Source: Lama glama
Lineage: Eukaryota
Length of the DNA: 64,000 bases
Assembly (NCBI GenBank): GCA_028534125.1
Contig: CM052818.1
Span: 37,512,001 to 37,576,000 of the forward strand
Direction of reading: 5' to 3'
Position numbers and translations under genes: made by a program. The stretch's first letter is position 1; every line of letters begins with the position of its first letter. Positions 38,061 to 52,520 of this stretch are shown here, in pieces. The notes beneath the pieces are model-generated. The model saw nothing but the letters and a program-made list of their open reading frames with translations, was not told the DNA's origin and did no database searches.

Positions 38061-41000
38061 TTAACCACTAATTATCCTGCAACACCTTCACAGAAAGAGA
38101 AGATGGCTTGCAAAAACTCGGCTAATTCAAATCATCAGGGAGGGATGATCAAATCCTTTCCAGATGAATTTGTAACTTTCGGGACTAATGTCTATTAATT
38201 CAAATTTCCTACATAGTTTTCTGTCTCTGGGCTAGAGAAAGATGTATTCTTCTCTTTCAAGAATCTCCAGGTCTTGGGAGGGGAAGGACCATTTGTAAGT
38301 TTTGAGCTCTGAAAAGCCATGAAAAGTGCCAGAGCAGAAATATGCATATGATGCCACGAGAGGCCCAAAACAGGAGAGATGAGCTGTGCCTGAGAATATC
38401 TGCTACTATTACTTGAACTTGACACAGAGCCTATAGATGGCACGACGGAAATGCTGAATCTTCTAGGCGGAAGGGTAGCAAAGCCAGGGTGTAAAAACAG
38501 CGAGTGAAGACCATGTTTCAGCATAAGATGTGTTAGGTAAAGCCTTGGGGATAGGAAAAACATGAAGGGAGACAAAAGATACGGCTAAGATCTTAATAGA
38601 CGTAAAAGAGTATGTTTTGATACAATTTCTTCATTCCATTCAACATATTTACGAATTTGTTACCGTATGATTTAACTGCCATATGGAGACAGGCATTAAT
38701 CAGAGGAAAGTACATCTCTATTTAAAAAGAACTTTTTTATATGTATAAAAGAGTCTAAGTGTCTAGCATATTAAAGGCAATAAATAAATATTTCTTAAAT
38801 GGCTGAATAATCAAATGATTGATGGATATCTTGAATTTGTGGTAAATTTCCCAAATTGCTGGTTTTTGTTTGTATAGACAATATGGATTAAATTTTAATG
38901 GGCTGGAATTTAAAGTGGTCCAAAGTCTGAGTGTTTTTTTTTTCCATAATAAGTATGTTCTAATAATTACCAGAGTAGTTCATATTTGGTAATGGTTAGC
39001 ATTGCTGTTGGATAGTCCATTAAATCATCAAGTGATTGATTTTCTTTTCTTTTTCTACTTTCAAGGGGATTATTTCTACCAAATATAATTGCCCTTTAGT
39101 GAACAGTGTTAGTTTGATGTACTGTGAACTTCCTTGGGGATGATCAGCCTCTGTGAATAGTAGCATTAATCTAGTACAGAAACATTAGTGGCTTGTAAGG
39201 ATTAATTCTATTTTAAGAACCTTTTAGGAACCTCAAGTGTGCAAGGCTCCCTAATAACTTGTTTCCAATTTCTCAACTGTCACATCTTAATTTGGTTATT
39301 CACATTGTTTTTTCCACAGTTGTTGATTCAAAAATCTGCTATACGTTCTTTACATGATATTTTTAACCCTCCTTGTCTTTCTGAGGAGGAAAAAAAGGAC
39401 AGAGATGCCATCAGTGTTGAAAGCCTATGCATCAAAGTAGACCTGGTCTTTCGAGGTGCTTCCTAGAGCAGCAAATAAAGGGCACAGGTTTTCCCTGATT
39501 AAGTTCTGTGACTACTGCGTTGTCAGCAGAAATTTAGTTTTAAGTTCAGGTTTCCAAAACAATTATCACCTCACCTACGCATTCCAACAAGCCAATCAGT
39601 GGTTGAACTGAGATCATCGTCAACTCATCAAGCAATTGCGTGGAGAGTACCTGCTAATTCAGTTCAAGTCAATTAATCCCTAGTGGAAAGAAGCCAGAGC
39701 AGATGGAGGTGGAGGGCGTCACTCCTCTCCAACTCACTGGTCCTGACTCATCAAGAAACCAATGAGCTTTCTTCCTGGAACTTACAGTTGACCACACTAA
39801 GGTCATATCATTTTCCTATTTAGCATGATGGATTGTAGGATTCTCAAGGAAAATATTTGCATTGTGTAATGACCACAGGCAGGAAATGTGATTCTTTATA
39901 GAGGGCTATTCAACAGCAGACTCAGCATGCCCAGTCTGTTTCTGGCCAGAGAACTGAAAATAAATAAATAAAAGGAAAGTGTGGTCGAATATTATGCTTT
40001 GGATTAATTCTAATTGATCCTGGAGAGTTTAGAACCTAACTCTGGAAAGGTTAACATATGAAGTAAAGCGCCTTAAAAATAAATGACTTTTATATTGACG
40101 CCTTGATGGCTGTGACATCTCTGGGCTTTAATAGCCTTTTCATCCCGAAAGATCCCCACACTGAATGTGAGGATGGAGCAGAGCTTTAACTCATTATCGT
40201 TTGTCGCATCTCAGATCTTGTGGATGATAGTCTTGTTTGCTAGCACACCAGAGCGGCTCTAAGCCCTTAATAGAATATAGATGTCATTTGGACATAGGAA
40301 AGCTTATTTTATAACCACCTACTACTCGTCAGTGTTTTTTGGCTGGAGACCAACATAGGCTAATATTAACTTGGTAAATTAATGAACCATTTGCTCTTCT
40401 TTTATAATTATTTGTATACTCAAGTAAATCTTGTATCTAGAAGGCTATAGCTTTCAAGGGAGGAGGCATCCACAATTTGACTGAGAAATTGAGGAGAACT
40501 GCCAATGTATCACAGTGGTTGAATTCAATCATTCACTTTTTCATGAATACGACTACTCAGTAATTTTGGCTAAACATATTTCAGGTGGACCATGCTGTAA
40601 GGAAGCAGAAGTTTCAATGATAGAATTCCTTTATGGAAGAAAGTTTTAAGACAATTATTCAAGGAACTGTGATGATCACTTTAATGTTAAAAAGGTGGGG
40701 GAAGAGGAATCAAGGATATACGCTCCGTCAAAATAGGCATGATGTCATCTCTCACCCAGCTCCCTGGCTAGCATAGGACCAGTCATACGTCAGAGGCTTG
40801 CCCGAAAGTTCAAGGCTAATGGTGAGGCCAAGGTCATGGGTCTGGACTTTGCTGTTCAGTGATCCTATAGGTCTCATAGTGATGCAGGAGGACTGTGGAT
40901 TGCTTGGGGATAATAATGCCCTTGTTCTAGCTGATAAATGCTATTGGTTGAAATAAATACCTAACAGTTAATCTGAAGTGTAAATCTTTGGAGCAGGCCT

Positions 41001-41858
41001 GAAGAATGGTGCAACTCTTTGGACATTGCTAACTTCTAAGTCTTACTTTTTATTGCTCTAGAAGGACATTTTAAAAGTTAACAGACATCATGCAGAATCC
41101 TCTAAGTGATTAAATTTTTTTAAAAGGCAAATCTGTTTTAAAAAACACCCATCTAATTAATATTCTGCTTTGGAACTTACATAATCCATATTCAATCGCT
41201 TAATGAGCTTTTGATTGTCACGATGTTCCTTGTAGGTACTTGAAGGTGAATTGAAAACAAAAATAGTAGAAAATGATAGTGAATATCTAAATACTGTAGA
41301 AAGCTCACCCACCATATAATCAATATTTGATATATATGATATATATACTATGTTTGCTAGATACATATTTCTGTGTAGTAGTTATTGAAAGAATATCTAG
41401 CCTGAAGCCAAATTGAAGGAAAGTGCATACTATGGCCTTTAGCAATTGTATATTTATATAACTCAGAACCAGGCTGAGAATAAATAGTACATTGATTATA
41501 TTTATACAGTTATAAAGTAATATAGCAGAGATTTTCCTCCAAATCCCTAATGCATTAACATGTTCTCAAATAATAAACTCAGTTTTCAGCTGAGTTGCAA
41601 GCACAGTCATCTGTCAAGACAAAGAAAATCAAGAATCCTCCAATGGACCATTCATAACCTCACTGTGTGTACCATTATCTAAGCATTGAGCACAGTGTAT
41701 TATGATTATATATTTCACTTTTTTTTTTATCTTATTAGACCTTTGGCCTTATCCAATCTACTTTTATGGATCCAACTCCTTACATAGGGGCTATAAATAT
41801 CAACAAATATTAATTTGATAGATTATCTAGTATTAATAGCATACTTTGCAGAACTTAC

Positions 41859-41877
41859 CTTAATCGTCTGGTTATGA
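41859..41877 (-). other. Candidate 19-nt microexon (unverified)
   Basis: Minus strand reads tgctgtcattctattttttatag|TCATAACCAGACGATTAAG|gtaagt: canonical acceptor and consensus donor; no host gene identified. Confidence 0.3.
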
Positions 41878-44800
41878 CTATAAAAAATAGAATGACAGCA
41901 TATTCAATTATTTTTTAAATATTTCGGGTAGACCAAAATGATGAAATTTATTTTTGTTTATCTCTCCCCAGCTTTAAAATGAGCAAATTGTGAATTCTAC
42001 CAAATATCTACTAGGGATTTATTTTGTAATGCTTCATTCTGGGGGAAAAAAGATACAGTCAAAATTCATATGCTCTGTAAAAGCCATTCTGAGATGGCAG
42101 ATAGTTAACTTGCTTTAAAAAAAAAAAAAGATGTCCAGACTTTGTTGTTCATCCCTGCCCTACGATGAAGAACTGAAAATTACATACTTGGACAAGAACA
42201 ACTTTGGGGGAAAAATGTCTCCCTGTAAGTACAACATGGTGATAGGATGCTTCCATAACTAGCCAGGAAAAGAAATCTGAGCCTCTTATTTGCATAAAAT
42301 GACTGTTAGCTTTGCCATCTTGTTGTCTTATGGTCAAAGACACACAGATATCTACAGTTCAGTAAAGCAGTATTTAATTGGTCTTGATGATTATTGAGTT
42401 TCCAAATGTTTTCTAGAATACTTACATCTCATTATTCTATTTTAAAAGCGACTTTATTATAAATCACCTCAAATCATTTTGAAAATATCCATAGTATATA
42501 TTATGGCCATACAGTGCTCACATTTTTATATGACAAGATGTATAAATTTATAGTGATGTCTAGTCATGCAATTTTTTGGTATGAATGTCTCGTCATAAAT
42601 TTGTGTGACTTTGGGAAACTTTCTTGTAATAGATACACGGTAAATCTTGCAACGTGAATAAGATTTAGATACACACATATTTACTCAGCATGTTAGATGA
42701 GATTCACCGGATCTTCTGTTACTCATGGAAGCATAGAATGGTCTGGACGACTTCAGCGAAGATGTAATGGAGGAAGCAGAAATATAATAGAGAAAATGTA
42801 AACGCCTATAAGCTGGAATAAATGACCTTCAAGACTAGATGGTCTTTGACATCTTTTTTGAGGCCTTTCTCAGCCTATGATAATTAATATCAGTGCATAA
42901 GTTATGGTCAAAGGGGAATTAATCATTACAAGTAAAGTAATTTCATTCTTCTTTTTTATTATTTTTAATACTTCCTTTTATATTGGCTATCTAAGACTTT
43001 GCCATATGAATAAAGATCATTTTTGACCCTGATAGGTAAACCTATTATATACCAAACATTTCTAATGTAATTTATTGAAGATTATTTATTAAAGGAGGTG
43101 GTGTTTATAAACATGGTTTACACTTAATTTCTTCCGACTTCCACTTGAATTATCCTGCTAACTTAGTAGCCTTTACTGAACCAAAAAGAATTACTTAGCT
43201 CAGTGATTGTCTGGTCTTAATTAATTACAGACTGCATTGTATTATCTGTAATCTTTGAACTTATGGTTAGAGAGGTAGCACCTTGCAAAGGACCTTTGGG
43301 GGCAGATCCCGAAGAATTCTTTAGACATCAGGAAGATATGGAGATGAAAACAACATCTCTCTATGTTGCTTTTGTAAAGAGCAGGTATGGTCAATGCAGT
43401 ATGTCTCTGTATTAGGACTTCTCATGTCATTATGTGGAAGGTCTTCAGCTACACTGACACTCCTGGTTTTTCTCTGCATCCCTTATCCATATAAGAGGAG
43501 GAGTATGTTATCTGCCTGATGAATTTGGGAGAAAGACTTCACCATGCTCGGCTTAGCTCATTCCTTTCTCTTCCTTTGGATCTCCCTGCTATAGGTGGCA
43601 TTATGATCTGCTTTTGTCACCCTGGTAAGGGACTCCTGCAGTGCTAGGTTCTGGATTCTGGGGCCATAACTTGGCTTTAGGTAATTCCTTTAGAGTTAGG
43701 TATGGCCTGTAGGCTACGTGTGCTGTGACAGACGGAAATTCTTTGGATTGTTTAACATGAAGGGCATATAATGGTGTTTTTGAACCAATGCAACTTATGT
43801 GGTCCTGAAAAAATAATAATCTTTCCAATGAAAGACATCCCAGGCTCTAGTTGACTACTGACATAATGCAGGTAGGAAGGATTTTTTTCCCCTTAAGTAT
43901 AGAAAGGTTTTAGAATGAATTAATGTATTGTTCTCGCTAATTTCAGAGCATTCTGCAGAAAAATCTAAACTCCTCACCCATTATTCCAAGAAATACAAAA
44001 CAGTATACTTGGTTTTGTGAAAGCATCCTCATAAAGATGGAAGTAGAGAGTAATTCTACCCTTACTTGGCCATAGACATAATGTATAAGATCAACAGTTT
44101 AAGAGACTGGAAAGCTGGACAGTATTGGGGGGAATAGTTATTGTACACTCTTCATGTTTTCCTTTTATTTTATCTAAATTCTTTGCCTTGCAGGAGGCCT
44201 AAATTATTTGATTGATGACTTTGGAAGAAGTAGTTGAGCATGCTTTACTAAATAAAGCCTACCACTTTTTCTCTCTCCTCTTTCAGATTGGTCTACTTGC
44301 AGAGAAAGATTGGATTTGTATCAAGCCATGTAGGGAAGTGCTGTTCCCATTATTAGAGGCTAGAAGTTTTCTAGTTTTGCCAGTTAATGATGAAAAAGTC
44401 TGTTTAATATAAGGGTAGTGAGTATTAACATGCTCTTTTATTGGCAGATCTAATGTTATATTGCACAACTGTTTTTTACCATAAATGCAGCTAATATTTT
44501 CCTCTCCATTTTCTGTCTTGTATGCTGCATAACTGGTTCCAATCTCAGGGAAGAAAGAAAAGAACAATGTCTACAATCCCCTTAAAGCCCCAGCCACAGA
44601 CAGTGAAATAAGAAAAATAAACTTAGACAGGAAGCAATCAGTTCTAATCCTTACTATAATGTCTATCTCAACCATGAACATGAACTGGTATGATCATAAA
44701 CACTGGGGTGCCAACTATGTGATAAAAAAATTGGTCCTTTTACAATAGTTGTAAAAAAATTACTCTATAATTAAATTCCTTTACTAAGGTTCCACTGAGA

Positions 44801-44879
44801 CAACTTATCCTTGATTGAAGTTAAGTTTATCTGGAAATTTCCATCTGATGTGGATCAAGGGTATTGTAAGAAGTTGCGG

Positions 44880-45241
44880 TATATTGTATTATTCCCTAAT
44901 CTTTGCTGCCATTCTCTCACATTTGTCATTGCAGGGCCCCTCCCTGTGGAGAATGTATTCTGCCTCCCACTGATGTCAAGCTTGGCCTTGTAACTTTGGC
45001 CAATGCAAGGCCAGCAGAAGTGATGGAAGCCACATCTGAGAAGTTTAAAGAGCCACCCCACGATTCCACCATTGTTTCTTTCCCTGTGCAGTGAGAACAC
45101 ATGTCCCAGGTGCAGGCAAGCTGTGGTATCAGCCTGGATCCCAGCCAGTGAAGGTAAGAAATAAACCTTTATCCTCATAAGCCTCTGAGATTAGAAGCTG
45201 TTTGTTAACACAGTGTAGCCTAGCACACGGTGATTGATACA
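44880..45241 (+). mobile_element. Solo MaLR LTR (MLT1I/J-like)
   Basis: CCCACTGATGTCAAGCTTGGCC.TGT.ACTTTGGCCAATG...AGAAGTGA...AAATAAACCTT...AAGCC.CTGAGATT...TGATACA. Confidence 0.8.
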
Positions 45242-48039
45242 GATTCAACAGTCGTCATTCACACACACATTTCCTTGCTTTCATCATTTGTGTCTAAGTC
45301 CCCTACCATAGTTTGTAAAAAAAAAAAAAAAATGTTACCCTTTACCTTTTCTCCTCCTTATTTTAATTCTTCCTTTAATTTTCTGATTTTCTGCTTTTCT
45401 GTGTTTTCAACCTGATTTTTAAAAAGACCCCACCAGAAATCTGTTCTTATCCAGAGTTTGTTTTTTTTTTTTTAAAGTCCATTTTCCCAAATTGACTCAA
45501 CCAGGGTGGAGTTTATATCCAACTTATTTAAGTTTTGAAAATGTCTATGAGAAATTTTGACATTGAGCAATTTGAAAAATCTTGCTGATAAACATCCTTT
45601 GGTGTCTTAGCATTGTCATACCACAGACGAGGAGGAGGACACGCATAAGATTTATATAGCTGACAGATTTCTATGTAGTGTGTGCACTACATTTATATTT
45701 TCAGCTTAAATCATTGAGTGATTATTTTCTGAAAGAATTTCGTCTTTCTTGGGGGAGGTTGAAAATCATGTCTCCTCGATGATTTATTAAGTGAGTAAGT
45801 AAGTGAAAATGAACAGACTGGTACTGATTTTTACCATAGGCAGCAAATTATGAATAATGATTCTTCCATGCTTGAACTCCTTTGCAGTGATTCTGCAAAT
45901 AATTCTGGTTTTCTCAGGTTGTTTCGGCCAAATGGATTTGCATAGGCAGGAGAGGCTGAAAGGCAGCCGGTTAGGCTTGAAGCACTGTGTAGAGGGGCAC
46001 GTTAGAATTTTATTGGAAATATGGGCTTACGTGCCATTAGGTGCCCTGTGTTCATCACCGTCGTATGCTTGCGGCTCTGTAAGTGAAGGGAAGACTAGAA
46101 AACTTTTAGATCGTGCAGCAAAAAAACAAATACATGGGTTCAAAGGGCTTTTTTAATGTATCTTAAACATCAAAGGGCTTATAATTAAACTGAAGAGGTT
46201 TAAGAAGTCTGCGGAATCTAATGCTCTCTGCCCTTATAAATACTGTTGACTGGCATTCCTTAAGAGCAAAACAGTATGCTCTTTTTCTTCCAAGGTAGCA
46301 TTTTTAATATATTAGACTTAACCACATGCCATTTCCTTTTTATTAGTTCGAAAGCAGCTGAAATTTGGCAATTTCATATTGTCAAGCATTGTTATCCATC
46401 TACAGTCTATGACAAAATGTCCATTTTCAACAGTGCATGTTGAAGTCAGCAGGCAAAATGTGCATTTATAGACTTATAGCTATCAATTTTTGTTATATCA
46501 TCAATATTTCTGCTCTTAAATATCAGAAAAAATGTTTTATCTGTTAATGTGATGTCATTTATTAAAATAACTTAATATTGAATACATTCTTTGTTTTCTT
46601 AATTTGGTTTTTTGTTGTGGATAGTGGTGGTAAACTGAATTTTGTTTTTGCTTTAAAAGGTTGGAGTAAATGCCTCTCCTCTGAATATAGTGTGCATATA
46701 TACATTACATACATGACATAGTTTCCTTTTACAAATATCTCTATGGTTTCTTTACATTATGTCCGTTGTGCTTTCCCAAAGTACTAATTTAAAATAGTAT
46801 TGCAATTAGTTTGTCAATTATTTTTAATCATGTTTAAATTAGATAATCAGATTATCTTCATCTTCATATGTCAATGCATGTATAACATTATTTTATTTGC
46901 TATAATTTGAATTACTGCATTACTAGTGAGTTCTAATTTTGGGGGTTAATTATCTGTTAATATAGAGTGGGTCATTTATTCTATTGCAGTCTCTCATTTT
47001 TCCTATGTCTTAATCATTTTGCTACAGATACAGATGTAAAGATGTTTCATAAATGTGAGAAGGGGATGGTGGTGAGGAAAGTCAGGGCACAAGGAGAAGC
47101 AAAGGTGACCTGGAGAGAGATGCCTGGGAAGGAGGGGGCGATCTGAGAGGAGTCCACATGGAATGTGAAACCTCAGAGATGCAAGGAAAGTGTGGAGATG
47201 CTTCTGGTCTCTTGCCCATTAAACTTGCATCCCTGACCCCACCAATCCCTGAATTTGTTTTCCTTGAAAGGAGAAGGAAAATGAGAGTTTCCTCCTGCTC
47301 ACTGCCTCTCCTCTAAAAGACCCCCAAATGAGAAAACTTGTACAGTTAACCTAGCAGAAAAGGCTTGTAACTAGATATCTGAAAACGGCAAAATGCCTGA
47401 AATGGCAATAGTTAGAAGGCACCACAAGGTTCTGCAAGAGGTAAGGGCAGATGGGGTCTCCATAGGTGCGCCTCTAGCTAAGTAGGGTAGCCCTCAAATT
47501 GATAGGCAAGAGGCTGCAGTGTAGTCAGGAGTGTGTGATGATAAGATGAGTGGTCTGGAGGCACTTAGCAGGGGTACAAAAAGGAACCGGCTATGAGCTG
47601 GGCCAAAGCAAAAATAGTGAAGAAGAAAGAGGCAGCGGCTACCATGGACACATGCTATAGCCTCAGGCAAGGTTTCTGGTTTTATCTGGGTTTTTCAGAA
47701 TCCCATTTGGGGAGATCAATGGAGACACACAAAGGGAAAAAAAAACCAAGAAAAACACAAAAAAAACCCCAAGGTTCTGGTCTTTCCAGAATATCCTTAA
47801 TATTTTAAGCTGTTCATATATATACAATTTTTTTCAATTTGTAGATAGTCAGATTACAGAGAACAATTATTTTTCTGAGACTTAGACCTGTATAGAAATC
47901 TCAAAATATTCTTCTTTTATGCTTTAGCTTCTCATCTGGGAGATTTAAAATCTCTTTTATTCAAACCTTTAAACCAGCTAAATAAAACTTTCGTATTTTT
48001 CTCTTTTCTCCGTAACTTGACTTTGTATGATGGAGTATA

Positions 48040-49670
48040 TTCCATATATAGAAAGTTCATAAACTACATAGGTCAATTTTCAAGAAAAGTAAGATGATTA
48101 CCCAGGTAGTCAAAGCTCAGTTTAATAAGAGGATCAGCAATAATGGTCAGAGTGGCCCTCTGATTGCATACTGTGCTCTCTCCCCCAGGGAACCATTATT
48201 CTGGATTCTGTGTTCATCAGTGTCATGCTTTTATTAAAGATAGTCTAACATCTCACACACACTTCAACAACATATGGTAGGGCTGCTTCTTTGATTTGCT
48301 TCTTTGCAGCAAAATTATGCTTCAATTATTCATCCATGTAGTTATAAGTCGCTGTGTAGTTGTAGTATGGTTCACAATTTTACTGCTATAAAAATATACT
48401 GGACTATATTTGTATGTGTAATGATTGATAAGACATTTGGGTTTTTCCATCTTTTGCTTTTATTAAAATGCGGATGAGGATATTCTTGTACAAGACGCAT
48501 GCTATGCACAGCCAAGAGTTTCTCTGGAACGTCCATCTCGAAGTGGCAGGTTGGGTGTGTAAGCTGTCAATGTCACTCAGTAATGTTAGATCGTTTTCCA
48601 AAGAGTTGGGTTAATGTAGGATCGCACAGCGGTAAGGGGGTGAGTGTATTTTGCTTCAGAATTTCTCCAATATCTGGTACCATTTGCCTTTTTAATGTTT
48701 GCCAGTCAGGTAGGTGTGGAATGGTCCTAATTTATTTACCTTTTTATCAGGTACCATGTTTTTTATTTAAACATCTCTTATTCTCAGTGAGGTAGAGACT
48801 CTTTCTCCATGCTTATTTCCCATTTTCTCTCCTCTTCATGCCTTTTACCCATGTTTCTGCTTTTTGGTATTTTTGCATTGCTTTGGAAGAGTCTATTCAA
48901 TATAAGAATTTAATAATTATATGCTGTGTAAATATCTTTCCCAATGTAAGGCTTGCCCTTTACTCACCATATGATGACAGAACTTCATATACTTGTGATA
49001 CTTTCTTTTAATATTCGTTCTTTTTAATGTGTTGCTTAAGAGATTCTTTCCTGTTATGAGGTCATGGCAACATTTGCCTCTGTCCTTTTCTAAAAGGTTT
49101 ATAATGTTGCTTTACATTGAAGTTTTTAATCTACTTAAAAATTTTTGGTACGGTATGAGGGAGGGATACAAATTAATTATTTTGCCTGGATAACCAATTA
49201 TTTAAGCACAGTTAGGTAACCTGTCCTTTCTCCACTGATCAAGGGGATCAGCTCAGTTGTAAATCTTATTTGCGTATGTGCATGAATCTTAATGACTATG
49301 GTTTTTAATGTCTTGCTGTCTGTTAGGGAAAGTCACCTCATCCCACTCTCTTTTAGGAGTGCCTGGCTCTTTTTTTAATCTCTTGTGTTTTCATGTACAT
49401 TTTAGAATCACTTTGTCCTTTCCATGAACAATTTGTAGGTATTGGACTTGGAATTTCATTGAAATTAAATGTAAATATGGGGACAATTTACATCCTCATA
49501 ATAGTCAGTCTTCTTGTCCTATACAGAGTTTTATATCTCTTACTTTATTTAGATCTTCTTTAATATCTTCAAAAGAGTTTGTAATTTTTTCCTGAAAGAC
49601 TCGCTTTATCTTCTGTTGGTATTATTTCTAAGTCTGCCATGTTTTTCTTGACATTGTGAATAGCCTTCTT
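48040..49670 (-). mobile_element. Ancient L1M, 3' UTR and ORF2 end, degenerate
   Basis: GACATTTGGGT...TTGCTTAAGA.ATTCTT...GGTATGAGG.AGGGA...CATTTTAGAATCA...TTTATTTAGATCTTCTTTAAT; probably continues at about 51180-51560. Confidence 0.75.
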
Positions 49671-49689
49671 TCCCTTTTCCACCCTCAAA

Positions 49690-50500
49690 GTCTCCCTTTA
49701 CCAGTTTTACCTTCATCGTCATTTCCATCCAAAAGTAACTACAATCTTTGCTTCCAATGACATATATTATTTTTGACTGTATTTGAACTTTCTAATTGTA
49801 TTCATGCTGTATGAGTTTTTTGTGTCTGGCTCCTTCTGTGCAGCAGCATATTGCTGCTGGTGAGATTAATACTGAGTAATGTATAAAGTTTATATAATAT
49901 TCCATTCTAGTAATATATTCAACCTTATTGATGGTCACTGGACTTGTTTCCAGTTTCTGTCTATTAGGGAAAATGCTGCTGTGAACATGACTGTACATAC
50001 TTTTTGATGCACATATGTGTGCATTCCTGGTGGAATAAATGAAAGTGTGGTATCACAGGCTATGGATATGTTCAGCTTTTGTACAGATTGTTAGTTTCCC
50101 CAAATGGTTAAATGATTTACTCTGCCATTGTAATGTATGAGAGTTTAAGTTGTTCCTTATTTTTACTGCCTCTTAGTATAATAGGCTTTTTTCATTTCTT
50201 TTTTTTTTTTCTGTCGGCGTACAGCTGTGTTTCATTATGGTTCTAATTTCAGATATCTAATGAAATCAGACACCTTTTCATATGACTGTTAGCTGTTTAA
50301 TTTCTCCCTTTGTGGAATACCTTGTGAGGTCTTTGATCTATCTTAAGACGAAATTGGGTTGCAGTCATTTATTGACATGCACGAGACTTTTTCACATCTA
50401 CTTGATGTAAATCCTCTGTCATATCCAATCTAAATGTTGTCTCCCACTTGTGGGTTTGCCTTTCACATTGTTAATGGAGTCTGTCGATGAAGAAAAATTC
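49690..50500 (-). mobile_element. Second L1M 3' region nested in the older L1
   Basis: A new 3' UTR start followed by TTGTTTCCAGTT...AATGCTGCTGTGAACAT...TGTATGAGAGTT..AGTTGTTCC...CACCTTTTCATATG. Confidence 0.75.
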
Positions 50501-51629
50501 CTTCACATATTTGTTCCTCACTATTGTCTTCTTCTAGAACATATTTGGAGCATTTCTTATGTGCATTCCACTTTACTAATTTTCTCTTCAGCTATATAAA
50601 CCATTGTTTTTTGACTTCTCAGTGAAGATTCCTGCTACATTTGGCCTCAAAACCTAAACATAAAATGTCCTTGCTGTTTTCTTGGGTGCAGTAGTTTTAG
50701 ATTTTGTTTACACTTATACTGAGGGTGTACATTATGAACCCAGGGTTATGTGAAGCTTTCCTGATAGGCACTTTATCTTGGATGGCCCTAAGCCTTTTCT
50801 TCTATCTTAGAAATTTGTGTAAGTGGCAGTTTGGGAGCTCAAAATCTCGAGGGTTTGTCAAAAATCTTTGGGGTAGAAGCTATTTTGAGATACCACTTAC
50901 TTACCAAAGTTCTGGCTTTTACTATTTTTTTTAAATTGAGCCTCTGCTTATATCTTCAATTTGTACTGGGTCAGCAATGTGTTCTTAATGATCACTTTTC
51001 TGTTTTAATCACCATTTTTGCTTTATTTGTTTGTTTGTTTACTTATTTATTTTGTAATAAGAAACCCATTCAGGGTATCTGGTCTACCACACAGCTAGAC
51101 GCAGTCTAGTTATCTTGATCACAAAGAATTGTGCACATCAAAATAAGTTTATTTCATGTTCTAATTTTGAGAATGAATGGATTTTTTGTTGTTGTTTTTC
51201 ATCTTATTTATTACTGATGTATAGGAAATTTACTGAGGTTTTTAAATTTGTCTTATAGTCAACTCAATTATATTATCAAGAATAGTATTTTTAATGGGTT
51301 TCTTCACATTTTTTAGTCATAAAGTTATGTTCTTTATAAATATTGATTTTTTTCTAATTTGAAAAAGCTTTTTAGATAATAATTTCTATAATATTAAATA
51401 ATTTAACCTTTTATGTTTTATCATGGATTTAAATGTTGGCTTTTACTTAGCAGCTTTTCACTTAAGGACTCATAATATTTATGTTTTTGTTTATTCAGAT
51501 AGAATATTTTAAAAATTTTGTCTAATGCCATTCTGATTCTATTGAAGTGAGGACTTGGTTTTTCTCCCTCTTCCCGTCCTCCAGTGAGCTCGATGTAGAA
51601 GGTTATTCCTAGAGCACGCACACATATAC

Positions 51630-52520
51630 TGGTGTACCTTAAAATAAAGCAAGTGGGCTAACTAAAAGAGTTCTCAATGGCAAAGTTGGAGCCATTTGAA
51701 CGATAACATAAGTGAAGTAGCACTAGATTATTACCTATAAGATAAAATAAATGCCCATGGGTCCATATTAGTATAATTGACTGAAGAAATTAATAAATGG
51801 AGAGGAGAGAAATCTCCCATTATGAAAACTTTCAAATAAAGTATGTAGATACTCAGCCCTCAGAGAGGGAGCAGTGCTCCCCACTCTTTAACTTGGGGTT
51901 TTGCACAGTGATGTCCATTCAAAGAGTACAGTGTAGAAAATGGAAAGTGAGTCTAACCTGTGCAAGCTACTTTCAGCAGCAGATGACCAAGGTCAACGTC
52001 AATAGTCATAAATCATGTTGATAGGATGCACCCTTGATAAGGATGTGATAACAATGGCACTTTACCTCTGTTATGTTCCTCCCTAAAGCCCGTAACCCCA
52101 GTCTAGCCATTAGAAAGCCATCAGACGAATATTAACAGGGAGGAATCCTATGATATATCTAATTAGTGCTCCTCAAAACTGTCAAGGTCATTAAAAACAA
52201 GGAAACTCTTTGAACCAGTCACCATTCTGAGGAGCCTAAAAAACATGAAAACTAAATGTCATGTGGTATCCTAGATGGAATCCTGGGACAGGAAAAGGAC
52301 AAGAGGTAAAAACCAAGGAAACAGGAATACAATATGGATTTTAGTAAACAATCATGTGTCAGTGTTGATTCATTAATTATAATAAATGTGACACCCATGG
52401 AAGATTTAGCTTTGGATGTGGAGTATATAGGAACCATCTGCACTGTTTTCTTTTTAGAAAAACATAAAATTGCCCTAAAAATAAAGTCTATTAATAAAAA
52501 TAAATAAATAAAGTAAGTAA
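51630..52520 (+). mobile_element. L1MC/L1MD-like 3' UTR with A-rich tail
   Basis: CTCCTCAAAACTGTCAAGGTCAT.AAAAACAAGGAAA...ACTAAATG...TGTGGTATCCT.GATGG.ATCCTGG.ACAG.AAAAGGAC; A-rich tail at about 52490-52520. Confidence 0.85.

Noticed and set aside
40810..40860. tRNA gene (GCTAATG..GAGGCCAAGGTCATGGGT)
   Set aside because: No cloverleaf or intact B-box; at most a decayed tRNA-derived SINE (MamSINE1-like).
43560..43630. 30-nt plus-strand exon candidate (..CTATAG|GTGGCA...CCCTG|GTAAGG)
   Set aside because: No recognisable peptide or partner exons; such pseudo-exons are common in intronic DNA.
47040..47300. Possible old LTR
   Set aside because: Only a compositional impression; no diagnostic termini or TSD identified.
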